From positions 128,001 through 192,000 of the forward strand of contig CAWHWX010000004.1 of assembly GCA_963833125.1 (NCBI GenBank): a stretch of DNA of 64,000 bases, given 5' to 3'. A program made the translations under genes and the position numbers. The notes below the pieces were generated by a model. That model saw only the letters and a list, made by a program, of their open reading frames with translations. It searched no databases and was not told where the DNA came from. Shown piece after piece: positions 11,234-22,321 of the stretch (its first letter is position 1; each line of letters begins with the position of its first letter). Origin of the DNA: Candidatus Bathyarchaeota archaeon. GTDB lineage: Archaea; Thermoproteota; Bathyarchaeia; 40CM-2-53-6.

Positions 11234-11623
11234 TCAACTTATCTTATCAGGTTGAATTCTGATAATGACTCTTTTCTCTGTTGGCGAGGAGCGTTGATAC
11301 TTCTTCGCTCCGGTGTACTTGTTGGTGAGTTTGTCTATGTGCTCTTCTGCGCCGTCGAAACTCTGTGAGACCACGCGGCCCTGTATTACCACTCTGTCGT
11401 ACATGTTATTCTGGTCCGCGACGGAAATGGAAACTCGTGGATCCTTCGCCGTATTCTTTTGTTTGACACGACCCATCTCAGTGTTAACGAGAACCAAGTC
11501 TCCGTCATGGTCTACCCAAACTGGAGCAACGTGAGGTGTTCCGTCAGGTAGAAGGGTGGCAAGAAAGGCGAAATTCTTCGCCTCGATTAGTCTGACGGCT
11601 TTCTCGTTGAGTTTGGCGGGCAT
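11234..11623 (-). CDS. PPOX-class (pyridoxamine 5'-phosphate oxidase-like, putatively F420-dependent) oxidoreductase
   Basis: AFLATLLPDGTPHVAPVWVD...KQKNTAKDPRVSIS...IDKLTNKY. Confidence 0.9.
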   Translation of the reverse strand: MPAKLNEKAVRLIEAKNFAFLATLLPDGTPHVAPVWVDHDGDLVLVNTEMGRVKQKNTAKDPRVSISVADQNNMYDRVVIQGRVVSQSFDGAEEHIDKLTNKYTGAKKYQRSSPTEKRVIIRIQPDKIS

Positions 11624-11654
11624 TGCGCCACCAAAACTAGTGTGGGTTGTTGGT

Positions 11655-13319
11655 CTACATCATGCCCGGTGGCATTCCGCCCATGCCGCCCATGCCGCCT
11701 GGCATTCCTCCCGGCATTCCACCACCGGGTGGACCTTCCCTTCCTTTCGAGGAAACTACGTCGTCGATTCTGAGGAGCATGCTTGCCGCTTCTGTTGCTG
11801 ACTTAATGACTTGCTGCTTCACTCTAAGGGGTTCGATAATATTATCCGCGAACATGTCGGCTATCTTGCCGGTCTTGACTTGAACGCCGTACCACTTGTT
11901 TCCGGGTTCCGCATGTTTCGATCTTAACGCAACCATGATGTCGATGGGGTCCAAACCAGCGTTCTCGGCGATGGTTAATGGTATAGTTTCCAAGGCCTCA
12001 GCGTAGGCTTCAATCGCCAACTGCTCGCGGCCACCAACTTTCACGGCGTAGTCGCGCAGTTGTTTTGCGGTCTCAGCCTCTGGGGCACCGCCCCCAGCAA
12101 CTATTTTCTGATCTTCAACGGCGTTTCTGACCACGCAGAGTGCGTCGTGGAATGATCGTTCTGCTTCATCCACCACGTGATCCGACCCACCGCGAATGAC
12201 AACCGTGACAGCTCGCGGGTCTTTGCAGTCGCGAACGTAGACGAGCTTGTCATCCCCAATCTTCACTTCCTCCACGAGTTTCGCCTCTCCCAGGGAGTCC
12301 GCACTGATATCCTTGGTACTCGCTAGGATCGCTCCTCCTGTGGCTTTCGCTAACTTCTCCATGTCGCTGCTGCTGGCGTTCTTGATGGCCATGATGTTCT
12401 TCTTTGATAGAAAGTGTAGTGCAAGGTCGTCGATTCCTTTCTCGCAGAAAATCACATTGGCCCCACTCTTCACTACTTTGTCTGTCATCTCTCTAAGCAT
12501 CGATTCCTCTTCGTCGAGGAAGAGTTTCATTTGGTCTGGAGAGTTTATGTTGATTTTCGCGTCGAATTCAGTTTTTTCGATTTCAAGTTTGGCATTAAGC
12601 AGAGCGATTCTCGCGTTCTTGACCTGCTTCGGCATTTGAGGATGAGAAACCTCCTTGTCGACTACAATGCCTCTAACCAATTCGCTCTCATCCATGCTCT
12701 CTCCTTTCTTCTTGACAACCTTAATTCTGTCAATGTCAGCAGTAACTTTTCCTCCCCGCTCTTCAGAGATTTGGCTAACCGCCTCAGTTGCCAACGTGGC
12801 AAGATGGTCACTAGTACCCACCGTAGCCTTTGTTGCCATCGAGGTTATGGCAATGAGTTTGAGCATCTTCATGTCACCTGGTTGGATGGGGACTGAGAGG
12901 CTTTCTAGAATTTCCAGTGCCTTCTCAGAAGCTTTCTTGTATCCTTCAACTATGACGGTGGGATGAACCTCTTGGTCCAGGAGCTTCTCAGCCTTGGACA
13001 GTAATTCGCCGGTAAGAACAACGGCTGTGGTTGTGCCGTCGCCAACCTCGTTATCTTGGCTTTTAGCGACCTCAACCAACATCTTGGCTGCGGGGTGTTG
13101 AACGTCCAACTCCTTCATGATCGTAGCGCCATCGTTCGTAATCACCACATCACCCATGCCGGATACGAGCATCTTATCCATACCTTCAGGGCCGAGTGTG
13201 GTGCGAATGGTTTCGGTTACCACCTTTGCGGCCAGAATGTTGTTACGCTGTGCGTCTCGACCGCGGGTCCTGGTAGAACCTTCCTTCAGAATAAGGATAG
13301 GAATATTGCCTTCTGACAT
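11655..13319 (-). CDS. ths: Thermosome (group II chaperonin) subunit
   Basis: [36 protein letters not shown] and a GGM-rich tail. Confidence 0.98.
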   Translation of the reverse strand: MSEGNIPILILKEGSTRTRGRDAQRNNILAAKVVTETIRTTLGPEGMDKMLVSGMGDVVITNDGATIMKELDVQHPAAKMLVEVAKSQDNEVGDGTTTAVVLTGELLSKAEKLLDQEVHPTVIVEGYKKASEKALEILESLSVPIQPGDMKMLKLIAITSMATKATVGTSDHLATLATEAVSQISEERGGKVTADIDRIKVVKKKGESMDESELVRGIVVDKEVSHPQMPKQVKNARIALLNAKLEIEKTEFDAKININSPDQMKLFLDEEESMLREMTDKVVKSGANVIFCEKGIDDLALHFLSKKNIMAIKNASSSDMEKLAKATGGAILASTKDISADSLGEAKLVEEVKIGDDKLVYVRDCKDPRAVTVVIRGGSDHVVDEAERSFHDALCVVRNAVEDQKIVAGGGAPEAETAKQLRDYAVKVGGREQLAIEAYAEALETIPLTIAENAGLDPIDIMVALRSKHAEPGNKWYGVQVKTGKIADMFADNIIEPLRVKQQVIKSATEAASMLLRIDDVVSSKGREGPPGGGMPGGMPGGMGGMGGMPPGMM

Positions 13320-13482
13320 TTCAGTAATCTCACGCGATTGCTAGCGAAGCGTAATAGATAAGCCCTTTCTCGCCCTGGGAGACACAGGTACAGTTCTTCA
13401 CAGAACCAATGCGCCGGAAAGACTTTAACTCTGAAAGAAGTCGTTGTCCAACGGATTTTCGAATCCATCAACGTGAACACCG

Positions 13483-13959
13483 ATGGCCAACTTAGAAGCG
13501 GGAAAGAGAAGGACCGTGAGCATGAAGACCATTCTAATCATGTTAATCGTTGTACTATCCGTGATAGCCTCAGGATACGCAATGGTAACAGTTAGCAGGA
13601 CCTTCGAAATTCGTCCTTCCGATTTCGTTACGATACCTGCAGAAAACGTCTCCAAGACTGGGCAAGTGGTAGTCCTTGACTCGGTAGCCACCGTTATGCA
13701 GGGAAGCGTCGCAATGGGAGTCAACGGGTACTTGGAGACCTCCTCCGGGCAGCCTGTAGCGGGAGCGAACGTATACGTGCAATATTATTTGGAAGGGTCA
13801 TACCGAACTCAGGTAGGAACCACCGACCAGAACGGTTACTTTGAGATACACTTCCCAATGAATTGGACCGGATGGCTTCCAGTGACGATGATCTACCTCG
13901 GCGACGCCCAACACCAAGGACTACGTCAGATTGTCAGCCTAACTGGAGAACCCCTCTAA
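13483..13959 (+). CDS. Membrane-anchored protein with an Ig/prealbumin-like domain
   Basis: N-terminal TM helix; GYLETSSGQPVAGANV...TTDQNGYF. Confidence 0.7.
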   Translation: MANLEAGKRRTVSMKTILIMLIVVLSVIASGYAMVTVSRTFEIRPSDFVTIPAENVSKTGQVVVLDSVATVMQGSVAMGVNGYLETSSGQPVAGANVYVQYYLEGSYRTQVGTTDQNGYFEIHFPMNWTGWLPVTMIYLGDAQHQGLRQIVSLTGEPL

Positions 13960-13973
13960 GTCTTCAATAGTGG

Positions 13974-14696
13974 TTGTATGAATTGCCTGCGCAGCAGGCC
14001 TCTTTCCGAACACTCTCAAGACTCAACAGGGAGGTGGTTAGCTGCGAACTCTGCCCAAGGCTTTCACGTTACCGTGATTCGGTCGCTAGGACAAAGCGAA
14101 GGCAGTACATGGATTGGACTTACTGGGGTAAGCCATTAACCGGGTTTGGGGATTCAAAAGGGAAACTGCTAATTCTCGGCCTTGCGCCGGCTGCACACGG
14201 CGGCAACAGAACTGGTAGAATGTTTACCGGTGACGGCTCGGCGCAATTCCTGATGCCTGCGCTATACGATTTCGGCTTCGCCAATCAGCCTACATCGGTC
14301 AGTAGGAACGATGGCTTGAAGCTAATAGACGCCTACATGACCGCGATCGTCAGGTGCCCACCCCCAAAGAACAAGCCCAGCTTGAAGGAGATTCAGACTT
14401 GCAAACACTACTGGACCGAGGAACTCCGCTTCCTCCCAAACATCCAAGTCGTTCTCGCACTCGGGAAAGTTGCATTCGAGACCTATGTTAAGTTCCTAAA
14501 GGAGAATGCCGTTGACACTAAGAACTTCAAGTTCTACCACGGAGCGTTTTACAAATCTCCGTCTCCACACCCAGCACTAGCCGTGTCCTATCACCCAAGT
14601 CGACAAAATACACAAACCGGCAAATTGACAAAACCGATGTTCGGCGCGGTTCTCAGAAAGATTCAGCAGTTAATTGAATCACAGAATCCGCATTGA
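13974..14696 (+). CDS. udgB: Uracil-DNA glycosylase, family 5
   Basis: CELCPRL, GLAPAAHGGNRTGRMFTGD, RCPPPKNKP, YHPSRQNTQTG. Confidence 0.93.
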   Translation: MYELPAQQASFRTLSRLNREVVSCELCPRLSRYRDSVARTKRRQYMDWTYWGKPLTGFGDSKGKLLILGLAPAAHGGNRTGRMFTGDGSAQFLMPALYDFGFANQPTSVSRNDGLKLIDAYMTAIVRCPPPKNKPSLKEIQTCKHYWTEELRFLPNIQVVLALGKVAFETYVKFLKENAVDTKNFKFYHGAFYKSPSPHPALAVSYHPSRQNTQTGKLTKPMFGAVLRKIQQLIESQNPH

Positions 14697-14697
14697 C

Positions 14698-15519
14698 TTA
14701 TTTCGGCGCCGTCTTGGTCTCTTTCTTAAGCTCCTGAGCTAGACCCTTCAACTTCGAAGCTGCCCGAGGCATATTTCGAGCATTCGCTTCAATCAAGCTT
14801 ACAAAAGCGCTCCCCACTATCACTCCATCTGCTCCAGCCTCAACGAGCCTTTTGACATGGCTGGGCTTCGAGATTCCGAAACCCACAGCAAGCGGAATTG
14901 AACCGCCAATCATGGAACTGTATCTCCTAACTAGATCAACTGCGTCATCGGAGATATTGGCTCTGACACCAGTCACACCGTAAAGTGAGATTAGGTAGAG
15001 GTAGCCTGAAGTTTGATCCAGAATCCTCTTGAGCCTCGACGGATCAGTTGAAGGTGACGCGAGGAAGATAGTATCAACACCGGCTACTGAGCACTGCTTC
15101 TTGTAATCAGCTGACTCCTCCACGGGGAGGTCGGGCACTATTATCCCAGAGATTCCCGCATCCTTTGACTGGGCCAGAAATTTATCCACTCCGACCCTAA
15201 AGATTGGGTTGAAGTACGTCATTAGAACGAGCGGAGTATCACGGTGTTGTTTTCTTATCGCTTTAGCGACATCGAGCGCATCTAAGGGCTTGGCTCCACC
15301 CCTAAGCGAGCGTGTAACTGCCCCTTGTATCGTCGGCCCATCGGCGATCGGATCCGAGAACGGAATCCCAAGTTCAACTATGTCCGCGCCACCTTCGATT
15401 AGGGCCGCTGCGAGTTTTGGTGTGTGTTTTAGTTGTGGATCTCCGACGGTTAGATAAGCGATTAGAGCGGCTTCGTGTCTTTCCTTTAGTTCCACGAATG
15501 TTTCTGAGATGCTAGTCAT
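14698..15519 (-). CDS. trpA: Tryptophan synthase alpha chain
   Basis: [30 protein letters not shown]. Confidence 0.97.
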   Translation of the reverse strand: MTSISETFVELKERHEAALIAYLTVGDPQLKHTPKLAAALIEGGADIVELGIPFSDPIADGPTIQGAVTRSLRGGAKPLDALDVAKAIRKQHRDTPLVLMTYFNPIFRVGVDKFLAQSKDAGISGIIVPDLPVEESADYKKQCSVAGVDTIFLASPSTDPSRLKRILDQTSGYLYLISLYGVTGVRANISDDAVDLVRRYSSMIGGSIPLAVGFGISKPSHVKRLVEAGADGVIVGSAFVSLIEANARNMPRAASKLKGLAQELKKETKTAPK

Positions 15520-16716
15520 ATCTTCACGCCTAACTTCTGGGCGACAACGTTAACGTCCTTATCGCCTCGTCCCGAGAGATTAATCACCACAATCTGGTCC
15601 TTAGCCATTCTCGATGCTAAAGCGACTGCATAGTGGATAGCGTGCGCTGGTTCCAGGGCAGGGATGATGCCCTCCACTTTGCTCAACTCCATGAACGCTT
15701 CCAATGCTTGCTCGTCAGTTACCGACGTGTACGTCGCCCGGCCAGTGGCTTTCAGGTAGGCATGTTCAGGACCGACGCCTGGATAATCTAAACCGGCTGA
15801 GATGCTATGAGTTGGCTGAATTTGTCCGTCATGCGTCTTGAAGAACATAAGTCAACATCCCATGGAAGACTCCCTCTTCACCCGCGCATAGAGTTGCAGC
15901 ATGTTTCCCGGTTTCGAGTCCCATTCCACCTGCCTCAACACCAAAAAGCTTCACCTCTTTGTCATCGATGAAAGGGTAGAACGCTCCCATCGAGTTGCTT
16001 CCTCCTCCAACACATGCCACGACGGCGTCTGGCAGGCGTCCTTCAAGACGAAGCATTTGCTCCTTAATCTCGCGACCTATTATGCTCTGGAAGTCTCTGA
16101 CTATCGTTGGATAGGGGTGAGGGCCGACCACTGAGCCGAGGAGATAGTATGTATTTTCGACGTTTGCGACCCAGTCTCTGAAGGATTCGTTGATGGCATC
16201 TTTGAGGGTTTTCGAGCCCGAGCGAACTTGGTGTACTTTGGCGCCCAGTAAGTTCATTCGAAATACGTTCAGTTTCTGTCGTTCAACATCCTCTGAACCC
16301 ATGTAGACTTCGCATTTCAAACCGAGCGCTGCGCACGCGATGGCGCTCGCGACGCCATGCTGCCCGGCACCTGTTTCGGCGATTATTCTTTCCTTGCCCA
16401 TATTCTTGGCGAGGAGGGCTTGGCCTATGGTGTTGTTGATTTTGTGAGCTCCGCCGTGAGCTAGGTCTTCGCGTTTGATGTAGATTTTTGCCCCATTCGC
16501 CTTCCGAGTTAAGTTGGCTGCGTAATAGAGCGGTGTCGGTCGGCCAACGAACTCTCTCAGATAAAACCCGAGTTGAGCTTTGAAATCTGGATCGTCCTTT
16601 AATCGTGAGTATCCTCGCTCTAAATCGAGGAGCGCAGTCATCAACGTCTCAGGTACGTAGCGGCCACCATACTTCCCAAATTTTCCGTCGACAGGCTGCG
16701 AATATTGTTCGCTCAA
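15516..16716 (-). CDS. trpB: Tryptophan synthase beta chain (indel near 15845)
   Basis: [28 protein letters not shown]; the second ORF has [16 protein letters not shown] and LSGRGDKD. Confidence 0.95.
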
Positions 16717-17358
16717 GCTAACGTCTCCTTCGCGTTCATGATAAATTCCCTAATCTTGCCGTGATCTTTTATCCCGACCCTCTTTTCAACACCACTGGAA
16801 ACGTCTACCGCGAAAGGTCTCACAGTCTCGATGGCGGTTTTGACATTGTTTGGAGTTAAGCCTCCTGCTAAGATCAGCGGATGCGGATGGATTGCGTTCC
16901 TAATTCGGGCCGTGAGTCTCCAGTCGTGGGTTCTGCCCGTGCCTCCCAACCCTGTCGAGCTAGGAGAGTCCGCAAGAACGGCGTCCAGCGTAATTCGACA
17001 TACGTCTGGCTTGCCCCAGTGATAATATGTCCCGTACCCCAGTCGCTAAGATGAGGCCAGTAGCCGGTTGTTTCTTCCTAAGCATATGCACAAGTGCGGG
17101 TGTGTGATAATGAAGCTGTAGAATGTCGGGCTTCAGTTTAGAGCATATTACAGCGATTCTCTTCGGGTCGTGAGCGGACGTGACCGCCACTTTCGTCGAA
17201 AAAACTCGGACTGCCTTCATCAATTTTTGCGCTTTGGTTAACGGTAAGTTTCGCGGCGATGAAGGACTCTCAACCACGAAGCCCACTGCGTCCGCGCCCT
17301 CATTCAAGGCGGCGCTCACATCGCTGAGCCGCATCATTCCACAAATCTTAACCCGCAT
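16713..17358 (-). CDS. trpF: Phosphoribosylanthranilate isomerase (indels near 16950-17030)
   Basis: [42 protein letters not shown]. Confidence 0.93.
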
Positions 17359-17367
17359 GATTGTTCC

Positions 17368-18144
17368 CTAAGCGAGTACGAACTCGCGTACCTTTCGTTC
17401 CAAATCCTCCGAAAGCATTATCGACGATCCTATTAGAAACCCATCGACTCTCGCCGTCTTCACTTTACGTATGTCCTCGGCTGATTCGAAGCCGCTTTCG
17501 CTGATCAGAACCTTATCAGTATCCCGGTCTGTCGCAGTCATTAGCTGTGCAGTTGTATCAAGGTCGGTTTCAAGCGTCGAAAGGTTTCTGTTGTTAAAGC
17601 CCACTATGTCGGCATCACTGTTCAGCGCCTGCCGTAACTCCTTTGCGTCGTGAATTTCAAGGACCACTTCAAGTTGAAAATCATGTGCGCAGCGAATCAT
17701 TCGGTTCAACGAGGCGATGGGATAGTTGGAGAAAGCCGACTCGATGAGCAAGATACTATCTGCGCCGGCTTTCCTGCCAGCCTCAATCTGTTTTTCGTGA
17801 ATGACTATGTCCTTCATGAGAAGAGGCAATTGAACATGTTTTCGGACTTGGCGAAGATTTTCCAAGCTACCGCCGAAATTGTCTGGTTCCGTCAATACCG
17901 AAAGGGCTATTGCGCCACCGGCTTCGAGCTGTTTTGCTGCTCTAATGGGATCAATGTCGGGGCGCAATGGTCCGCACGCTGGCGAAACGGGTTTGATCTC
18001 AGCTATGATCGCGTTTCTCTGGGCGGATTTTACCGCGCGTTTGAGGCTGACCTGTTGATGGAAAATTGCTTCGTCGATATCGTAGTAGCCGTCCTGGACT
18101 CTCTTCTTGGCGTCCTGGATGAGTTTGGCTAAGAAGTCAGGCAT
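17368..18144 (-). CDS. trpC: Indole-3-glycerol-phosphate synthase
   Basis: IIAEIKPVSP, LSVLTEP, LLMKD, GFNNRNL, ISESG. Confidence 0.96.
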   Translation of the reverse strand: MPDFLAKLIQDAKKRVQDGYYDIDEAIFHQQVSLKRAVKSAQRNAIIAEIKPVSPACGPLRPDIDPIRAAKQLEAGGAIALSVLTEPDNFGGSLENLRQVRKHVQLPLLMKDIVIHEKQIEAGRKAGADSILLIESAFSNYPIASLNRMIRCAHDFQLEVVLEIHDAKELRQALNSDADIVGFNNRNLSTLETDLDTTAQLMTATDRDTDKVLISESGFESAEDIRKVKTARVDGFLIGSSIMLSEDLERKVREFVLA

Positions 18145-19204
18145 TTTGGGATTCAATCCTTTCTAGCTTGGATTCGTCGCCGCTGGTGAATTCAATCAGT
18201 CCCTTCAGCTTCTCATACGCGCGTCCACTGTTAATTGACTGGCGGGCCAATTCAATTCCTGTAGCCAGGTCTTTCGTTTTTCCGCCGACCAAGATCGCGG
18301 CTGCGGCGTTGGCAAGCACCATTTCAAGCCGACTCGAGTTCTTTTCTTCCCTGCCATTTAGGATCTTGATCATTAGCCTGGCGCTTTGATCAACGTCAAA
18401 TCCAGATATTTCATTAGGTTTTACCTGTCTCAAGTTCAGGTCTTGGGGCGTAATCTCCTTCGTCACTATCTCTCCATCCTTGACCCATGCGAGCTTTGTC
18501 TTTCCTATAGTTGAAATCTCATCAAGTCCATCCATCCCGTGAACGATTAACGCTTCTTCTGTCCCAAGTTTCTGCAATACCTTCGCAAGTGGCTCGATGA
18601 GATTTGGGTCATATACGCCTAGGACCTGAGCGTTAGCGTTAGCAGGGTTCGTCAAGGGTCCGAGGATGTTGAAGACGGTCCTTATGCCGATTTCTCGACG
18701 TGGGACGACTGCGTTCTTCATTGCTGGATGGAACACGGGAGCGAACATGAATCCGATTCCGACTTGCTCAATCGCACTCTGCACGACGGTGGGTGGCGCG
18801 TTCAAGTTGACCCCAACGGCTTCGAGAACATCTGCGCTGCCGCATTTGCTCGTTACTGAGCGGTTACCATGTTTCGCGATTGCGATCCCAGAACCGGCTG
18901 CCACCAGCGCCGATGTGGTGCTGACATTGAATGTCTTGATTTGATCGCCGCCTGTGCCGCAGGTATCTACCATTCTGCCATTGACATGAGGAGTTATTCT
19001 CACGGCGTTCTCGCGCATAACCAAAGCGAGCGCCGTTATCTCTTCAACAGTTTCTCCCTTCATCCGAAGAGAAGTTAGAAATGCACCGACTTGAGCGGGT
19101 GTTGCCTCTCCATCCATTATCTCTCGCATCGATTGCTGGGCTACTTCGAAGGATAGCTCTTTGCGGTCGACGAGGGTGTAGATGGCTTCCTTGATCATTC
19201 TCAC
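18137..19204 (-). CDS. trpD: Anthranilate phosphoribosyltransferase
   Basis: DTCGTGGD, FNVST, KHGNRSVTSKCGSAD, RTVFNILGPL. Confidence 0.97.
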   Translation of the reverse strand: MRMIKEAIYTLVDRKELSFEVAQQSMREIMDGEATPAQVGAFLTSLRMKGETVEEITALALVMRENAVRITPHVNGRMVDTCGTGGDQIKTFNVSTTSALVAAGSGIAIAKHGNRSVTSKCGSADVLEAVGVNLNAPPTVVQSAIEQVGIGFMFAPVFHPAMKNAVVPRREIGIRTVFNILGPLTNPANANAQVLGVYDPNLIEPLAKVLQKLGTEEALIVHGMDGLDEISTIGKTKLAWVKDGEIVTKEITPQDLNLRQVKPNEISGFDVDQSARLMIKILNGREEKNSSRLEMVLANAAAAILVGGKTKDLATGIELARQSINSGRAYEKLKGLIEFTSGDESKLERIESQNA

Positions 19205-19782
19205 GGACCGTCCAAGAAATTCTTCAATATCTTGATGCCCTCGGAGGTGAGTATGGATTCTGGGTGAAATTGGACTCCGTATATGGGATATTTCCGGTGA
19301 CGCAACGCCATGATTTCATTGTCGTCCATCGAAGTGGCTGTTTCCTCCAAGCATTCTGGGAAATCGCGTCTTCGACAGACTAACGAATGGTATCTTGTGG
19401 CGGTAAGCGGGTTCTCTACACCCTTGAATATGCCATCATTCTCATGCTGAATCAGGCTTGTCTTACCGTGCATTAAACGTCTAGCCGATTCGATCTTCCC
19501 TCCAAAGGCATAGGCGATACCTTGATGGCCAAGGCAGACACCCAAGGTTGGCGTATGTGGGCTAATTTTCCTAAGTACGTTTAGGCAAACGCCGAAATAT
19601 TTGCTGTCGTCTGGTCGACCAGGTCCAGGCGAGATGATGATGCGGTCTGGGTTCATGTCTCTGACTTCGCTGTTCGTGATTGCGTTGTTTCTACGCACCA
19701 CCGGTTCCGCTCCGAGTTGTCCCACATACTGAGCAAGATTGTAAACGAACGAGTCGAAATTGTCAATGATTAGAACTTTCAT
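19201..19782 (-). CDS. trpG: Anthranilate synthase component II (glutamine amidotransferase)
   Basis: IDNFDSFVYNL, SPGPG, GVCLGHQ, RYHSL, QFHPES. Confidence 0.96.
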   Translation of the reverse strand: MKVLIIDNFDSFVYNLAQYVGQLGAEPVVRRNNAITNSEVRDMNPDRIIISPGPGRPDDSKYFGVCLNVLRKISPHTPTLGVCLGHQGIAYAFGGKIESARRLMHGKTSLIQHENDGIFKGVENPLTATRYHSLVCRRRDFPECLEETATSMDDNEIMALRHRKYPIYGVQFHPESILTSEGIKILKNFLDGP

Positions 19783-19783
19783 T

Positions 19784-21184
19784 TCAAGCCCCTCTAAGTT
19801 TCAGAGCACGCAAGAGCGCGTCGGCCTTATGTTCGGTTTCAAACCATTCGAGCGTTGGATCAGAATCAGCAACTATTCCCGCACCCGCCTGAATGTACGC
19901 CCGACGCCCATCCGCGACTAGTGTCCGAATCGTTATCGCAAAATCAGCATTGCCATTGTAAGAAAAGTATCCTACTGCGCCAGCATATGGTCCTCTTCGG
20001 CACGGTTCCAGTTCGTCAATAATTTCCATCGCCCTCTTCTTCGGTGCACCTGAGACCGTTCCAGCCGGAAATACGGCCTTGAAGAAATCGATTGCGTCGC
20101 AACTAGGTCTAAGTTGGCCTGATACCCTGGAAACGATGTGTTGCACGTGGCTGTATTTTTGGATGGTCATAAATTCTGGAACTGTAACGGTTCCGAATTC
20201 GCATACCTTTCCAAGATCGTTTCTGGCCAAATCAGTTAGCATGATGTGTTCTGCTCTCTCTTTGGGATCGTTAAGCAACTCGTCTGCCAATCGGTCATCT
20301 TCTTTAGCGTTCTTGCCTTTCGGGCGTGTTCCAGCAATTGGGAATGTGTCAGCACGTTTGCCTTCGAGTCTTCCAAGCATTTCAGGACTTGAACCCACTA
20401 TCGCCCTTCTTTTCATCTTGAGGAAATACATGTAAGGTGAGGGGTTGATGTCGCGCAACGCCTGATAGAAGTCGATTAGATCTCCTTTGAACGAGAACTC
20501 GAACCGTTTGGATAATACTGCTTGAAAGATATCTCCGGCTTTGATGTAGCGTTTCGCTTTTCGGACCATGCCTTCGAATTTTTCTTTGGTGATGTTTGTG
20601 CTTGGTTTCTTCGCGACTAACGTTTTTGCTTTAGGCTGTTGGCCCAGTAGGCGTTCTAACTGTCGAATTCTATTATCGGTGTACCAGTAATAGTAAGCTT
20701 GGCCGGTTAGATGATCAAAGACTATTCCATCGTCGTATACTCCGAACTCGAAGTCAGGGAACGCTAAATCGTCTTTGGCACGTTTGGGAAGCGATTCGAG
20801 GTAGCGTATCGCGTCATAAGAGAAGTAGCCTACGAGTCCACCTACAAAACGGATCCCGCGGTAGGTTGTGAAATTTTCCGCTAGAACTCTCCGAAGGGCC
20901 AGAAATGGATCAGGGGTTTCAAATGTTGAGGAGTTATTTCCAATGGAGGATGTTTCTCGGTATCTTCGGTTTTTTACTTCAACGATTCTTGAGGGCGAGA
21001 ACCCGATGAATGAGTACTGTGCAAGTTTCCTGGGGCCTTCGGCGGATTCCAAGAGGTAGCAATAATCGCTGTGGTTGCTAAGAACTCGAAATGTGTGTAG
21101 AGGATTTTCGGAATACCGGAACTTTTGGAGCTTCAGCCTATGATCTGCTTGAGTGATCGTTTGAGCGTTTCTTCCAAAGGCCAT
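19784..21184 (-). CDS. trpE: Anthranilate synthase component I
   Basis: LLESAEG, NPSPYMY, GSSPE, PIAGT, KERAEHIML, AGTVSGAPK. Confidence 0.96.
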   Translation of the reverse strand: MAFGRNAQTITQADHRLKLQKFRYSENPLHTFRVLSNHSDYCYLLESAEGPRKLAQYSFIGFSPSRIVEVKNRRYRETSSIGNNSSTFETPDPFLALRRVLAENFTTYRGIRFVGGLVGYFSYDAIRYLESLPKRAKDDLAFPDFEFGVYDDGIVFDHLTGQAYYYWYTDNRIRQLERLLGQQPKAKTLVAKKPSTNITKEKFEGMVRKAKRYIKAGDIFQAVLSKRFEFSFKGDLIDFYQALRDINPSPYMYFLKMKRRAIVGSSPEMLGRLEGKRADTFPIAGTRPKGKNAKEDDRLADELLNDPKERAEHIMLTDLARNDLGKVCEFGTVTVPEFMTIQKYSHVQHIVSRVSGQLRPSCDAIDFFKAVFPAGTVSGAPKKRAMEIIDELEPCRRGPYAGAVGYFSYNGNADFAITIRTLVADGRRAYIQAGAGIVADSDPTLEWFETEHKADALLRALKLRGA

Positions 21185-21237
21185 ACCCCATTTTAGTCAC
21201 TGTTCCAGCGTATGCCGCATATGTGACGCTGATACGT

Positions 21238-21270
21238 TATTTAAAGCTACAGAGTACAGAAATGTACTCT
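21238..21270 (-). promoter_or_regulatory. trp operon TATA box with an adjacent TRP-box-like inverted repeat
   Basis: TTTAAATA on the minus strand at 21238-21245; perfect inverted repeat AGAGTACA-GAAA-TGTACTCT at 21251-21270. Confidence 0.65.
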
Positions 21271-21329
21271 CGCCTTATCTGGCTCGAAAACCGATACTCA
21301 ATGGATCTCTTTGCGATGACACTTTTCCG

Positions 21330-21516
21330 GGTAACGTCAACTTGTCGGGGTTGCTGCTTCAAATCGCTTCGTGTGGGGGGATCGAGGCGTAAAATGGGGC
21401 GCGGGTTGCCTTCGTTTGGCACCGTTTGGCTCCACCCCTCGAGGGGTGGAGCCACCCTCCTAATTCCGCTCAGAAAACAAGAAGAATCTCTTAACAACCG
21501 TTAACTTGACGTTACC
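21330..21516. mobile_element. 187-bp MITE (non-autonomous IS derivative)
   Basis: Perfect 11-bp TIRs GGTAACGTCAA (21330-21340) and TTGACGTTACC (21506-21516); identical 8-bp flanks CTTTTCCG (21322-21329 and 21517-21524); internal 28-bp perfect palindrome at 21427-21454. Confidence 0.8.
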
Positions 21517-21802
21517 CTTTTCCGGCGCCACCATAATCTGCTAACAGGGCGAGTTAGTAAACTCTGACCTTGTACTGACGAAGTTGCTGACGCTCAGATT
21601 TTCACGTGAACTTTGCCAGGTTGCCGGGCCAGCCTGGCTCGGATAATGTATTCTTTCGTTAGGCTGGTAAGGTTCTGAACGTGGGCCGGTTTCACCCAAT
21701 GATTTGGTGATTTCACCCTGCAAATTTGGGTTCTATATCGAAGGCCTATCAAATGACCGCTTTTTGTCGTCAATATATGCGGGTTACGGGGTCTTTGTAC
21801 CT

Positions 21803-22158
21803 GTGGGTCTAACAAAGGGCGAGTTCGATGCCCTCAGGTCCTGGATAGCCGATCTGCCTGATGTTTCTAGTGGGTCGCATAGTTTGGCGGGATCGAATTC
21901 AAAGTTCATGGTTTGGAGTTCATGCACTTCCACTGCCAAACGCAACTCGACATTCGACTGTCGATTTCCGACCAAGCTCGTGTTTTAACGGAAGGAAAGG
22001 CCGAGAGACATCTCTACGCTCCCCAGGCGGGCTGGGTCACGTTCAGAATCAAATCAAACGAGGATGTCGATAAGGCGAAGGAGATCGTGCGGTTAGCTCA
22101 CAACCATGCGTTAACCGTGATGGAAGAACATCTAACGAAAAGAGAAACTGCGAAATAG
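21803..22158 (+). CDS. DUF5519 / luciferase-like family protein (indel near 21890)
   Basis: EFMHFH...LDIRL...HLYAPQAGWVTFRIKSNEDVDKA. Confidence 0.7.
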
Positions 22159-22321
22159 GTTCGAACGTCTCAAACCATAAATTTCTTTCAATCACGATCG
22201 ATGGATAACCTCTCTTTCTGTATCCAAGCGACCAATCAAATCCAAAATACTGGAAAAAGCCATTGATCTCGTTGGAGATAGAGAATTAATAGTCGACGAA
22301 TTTCTTGTTACTTGTAGAGCC

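Noticed and set aside
21184-21230. Bacterial-type trp attenuator leader peptide
   Set aside because: The uORF has no Trp codon before its stop and no terminator/antiterminator pair is visible
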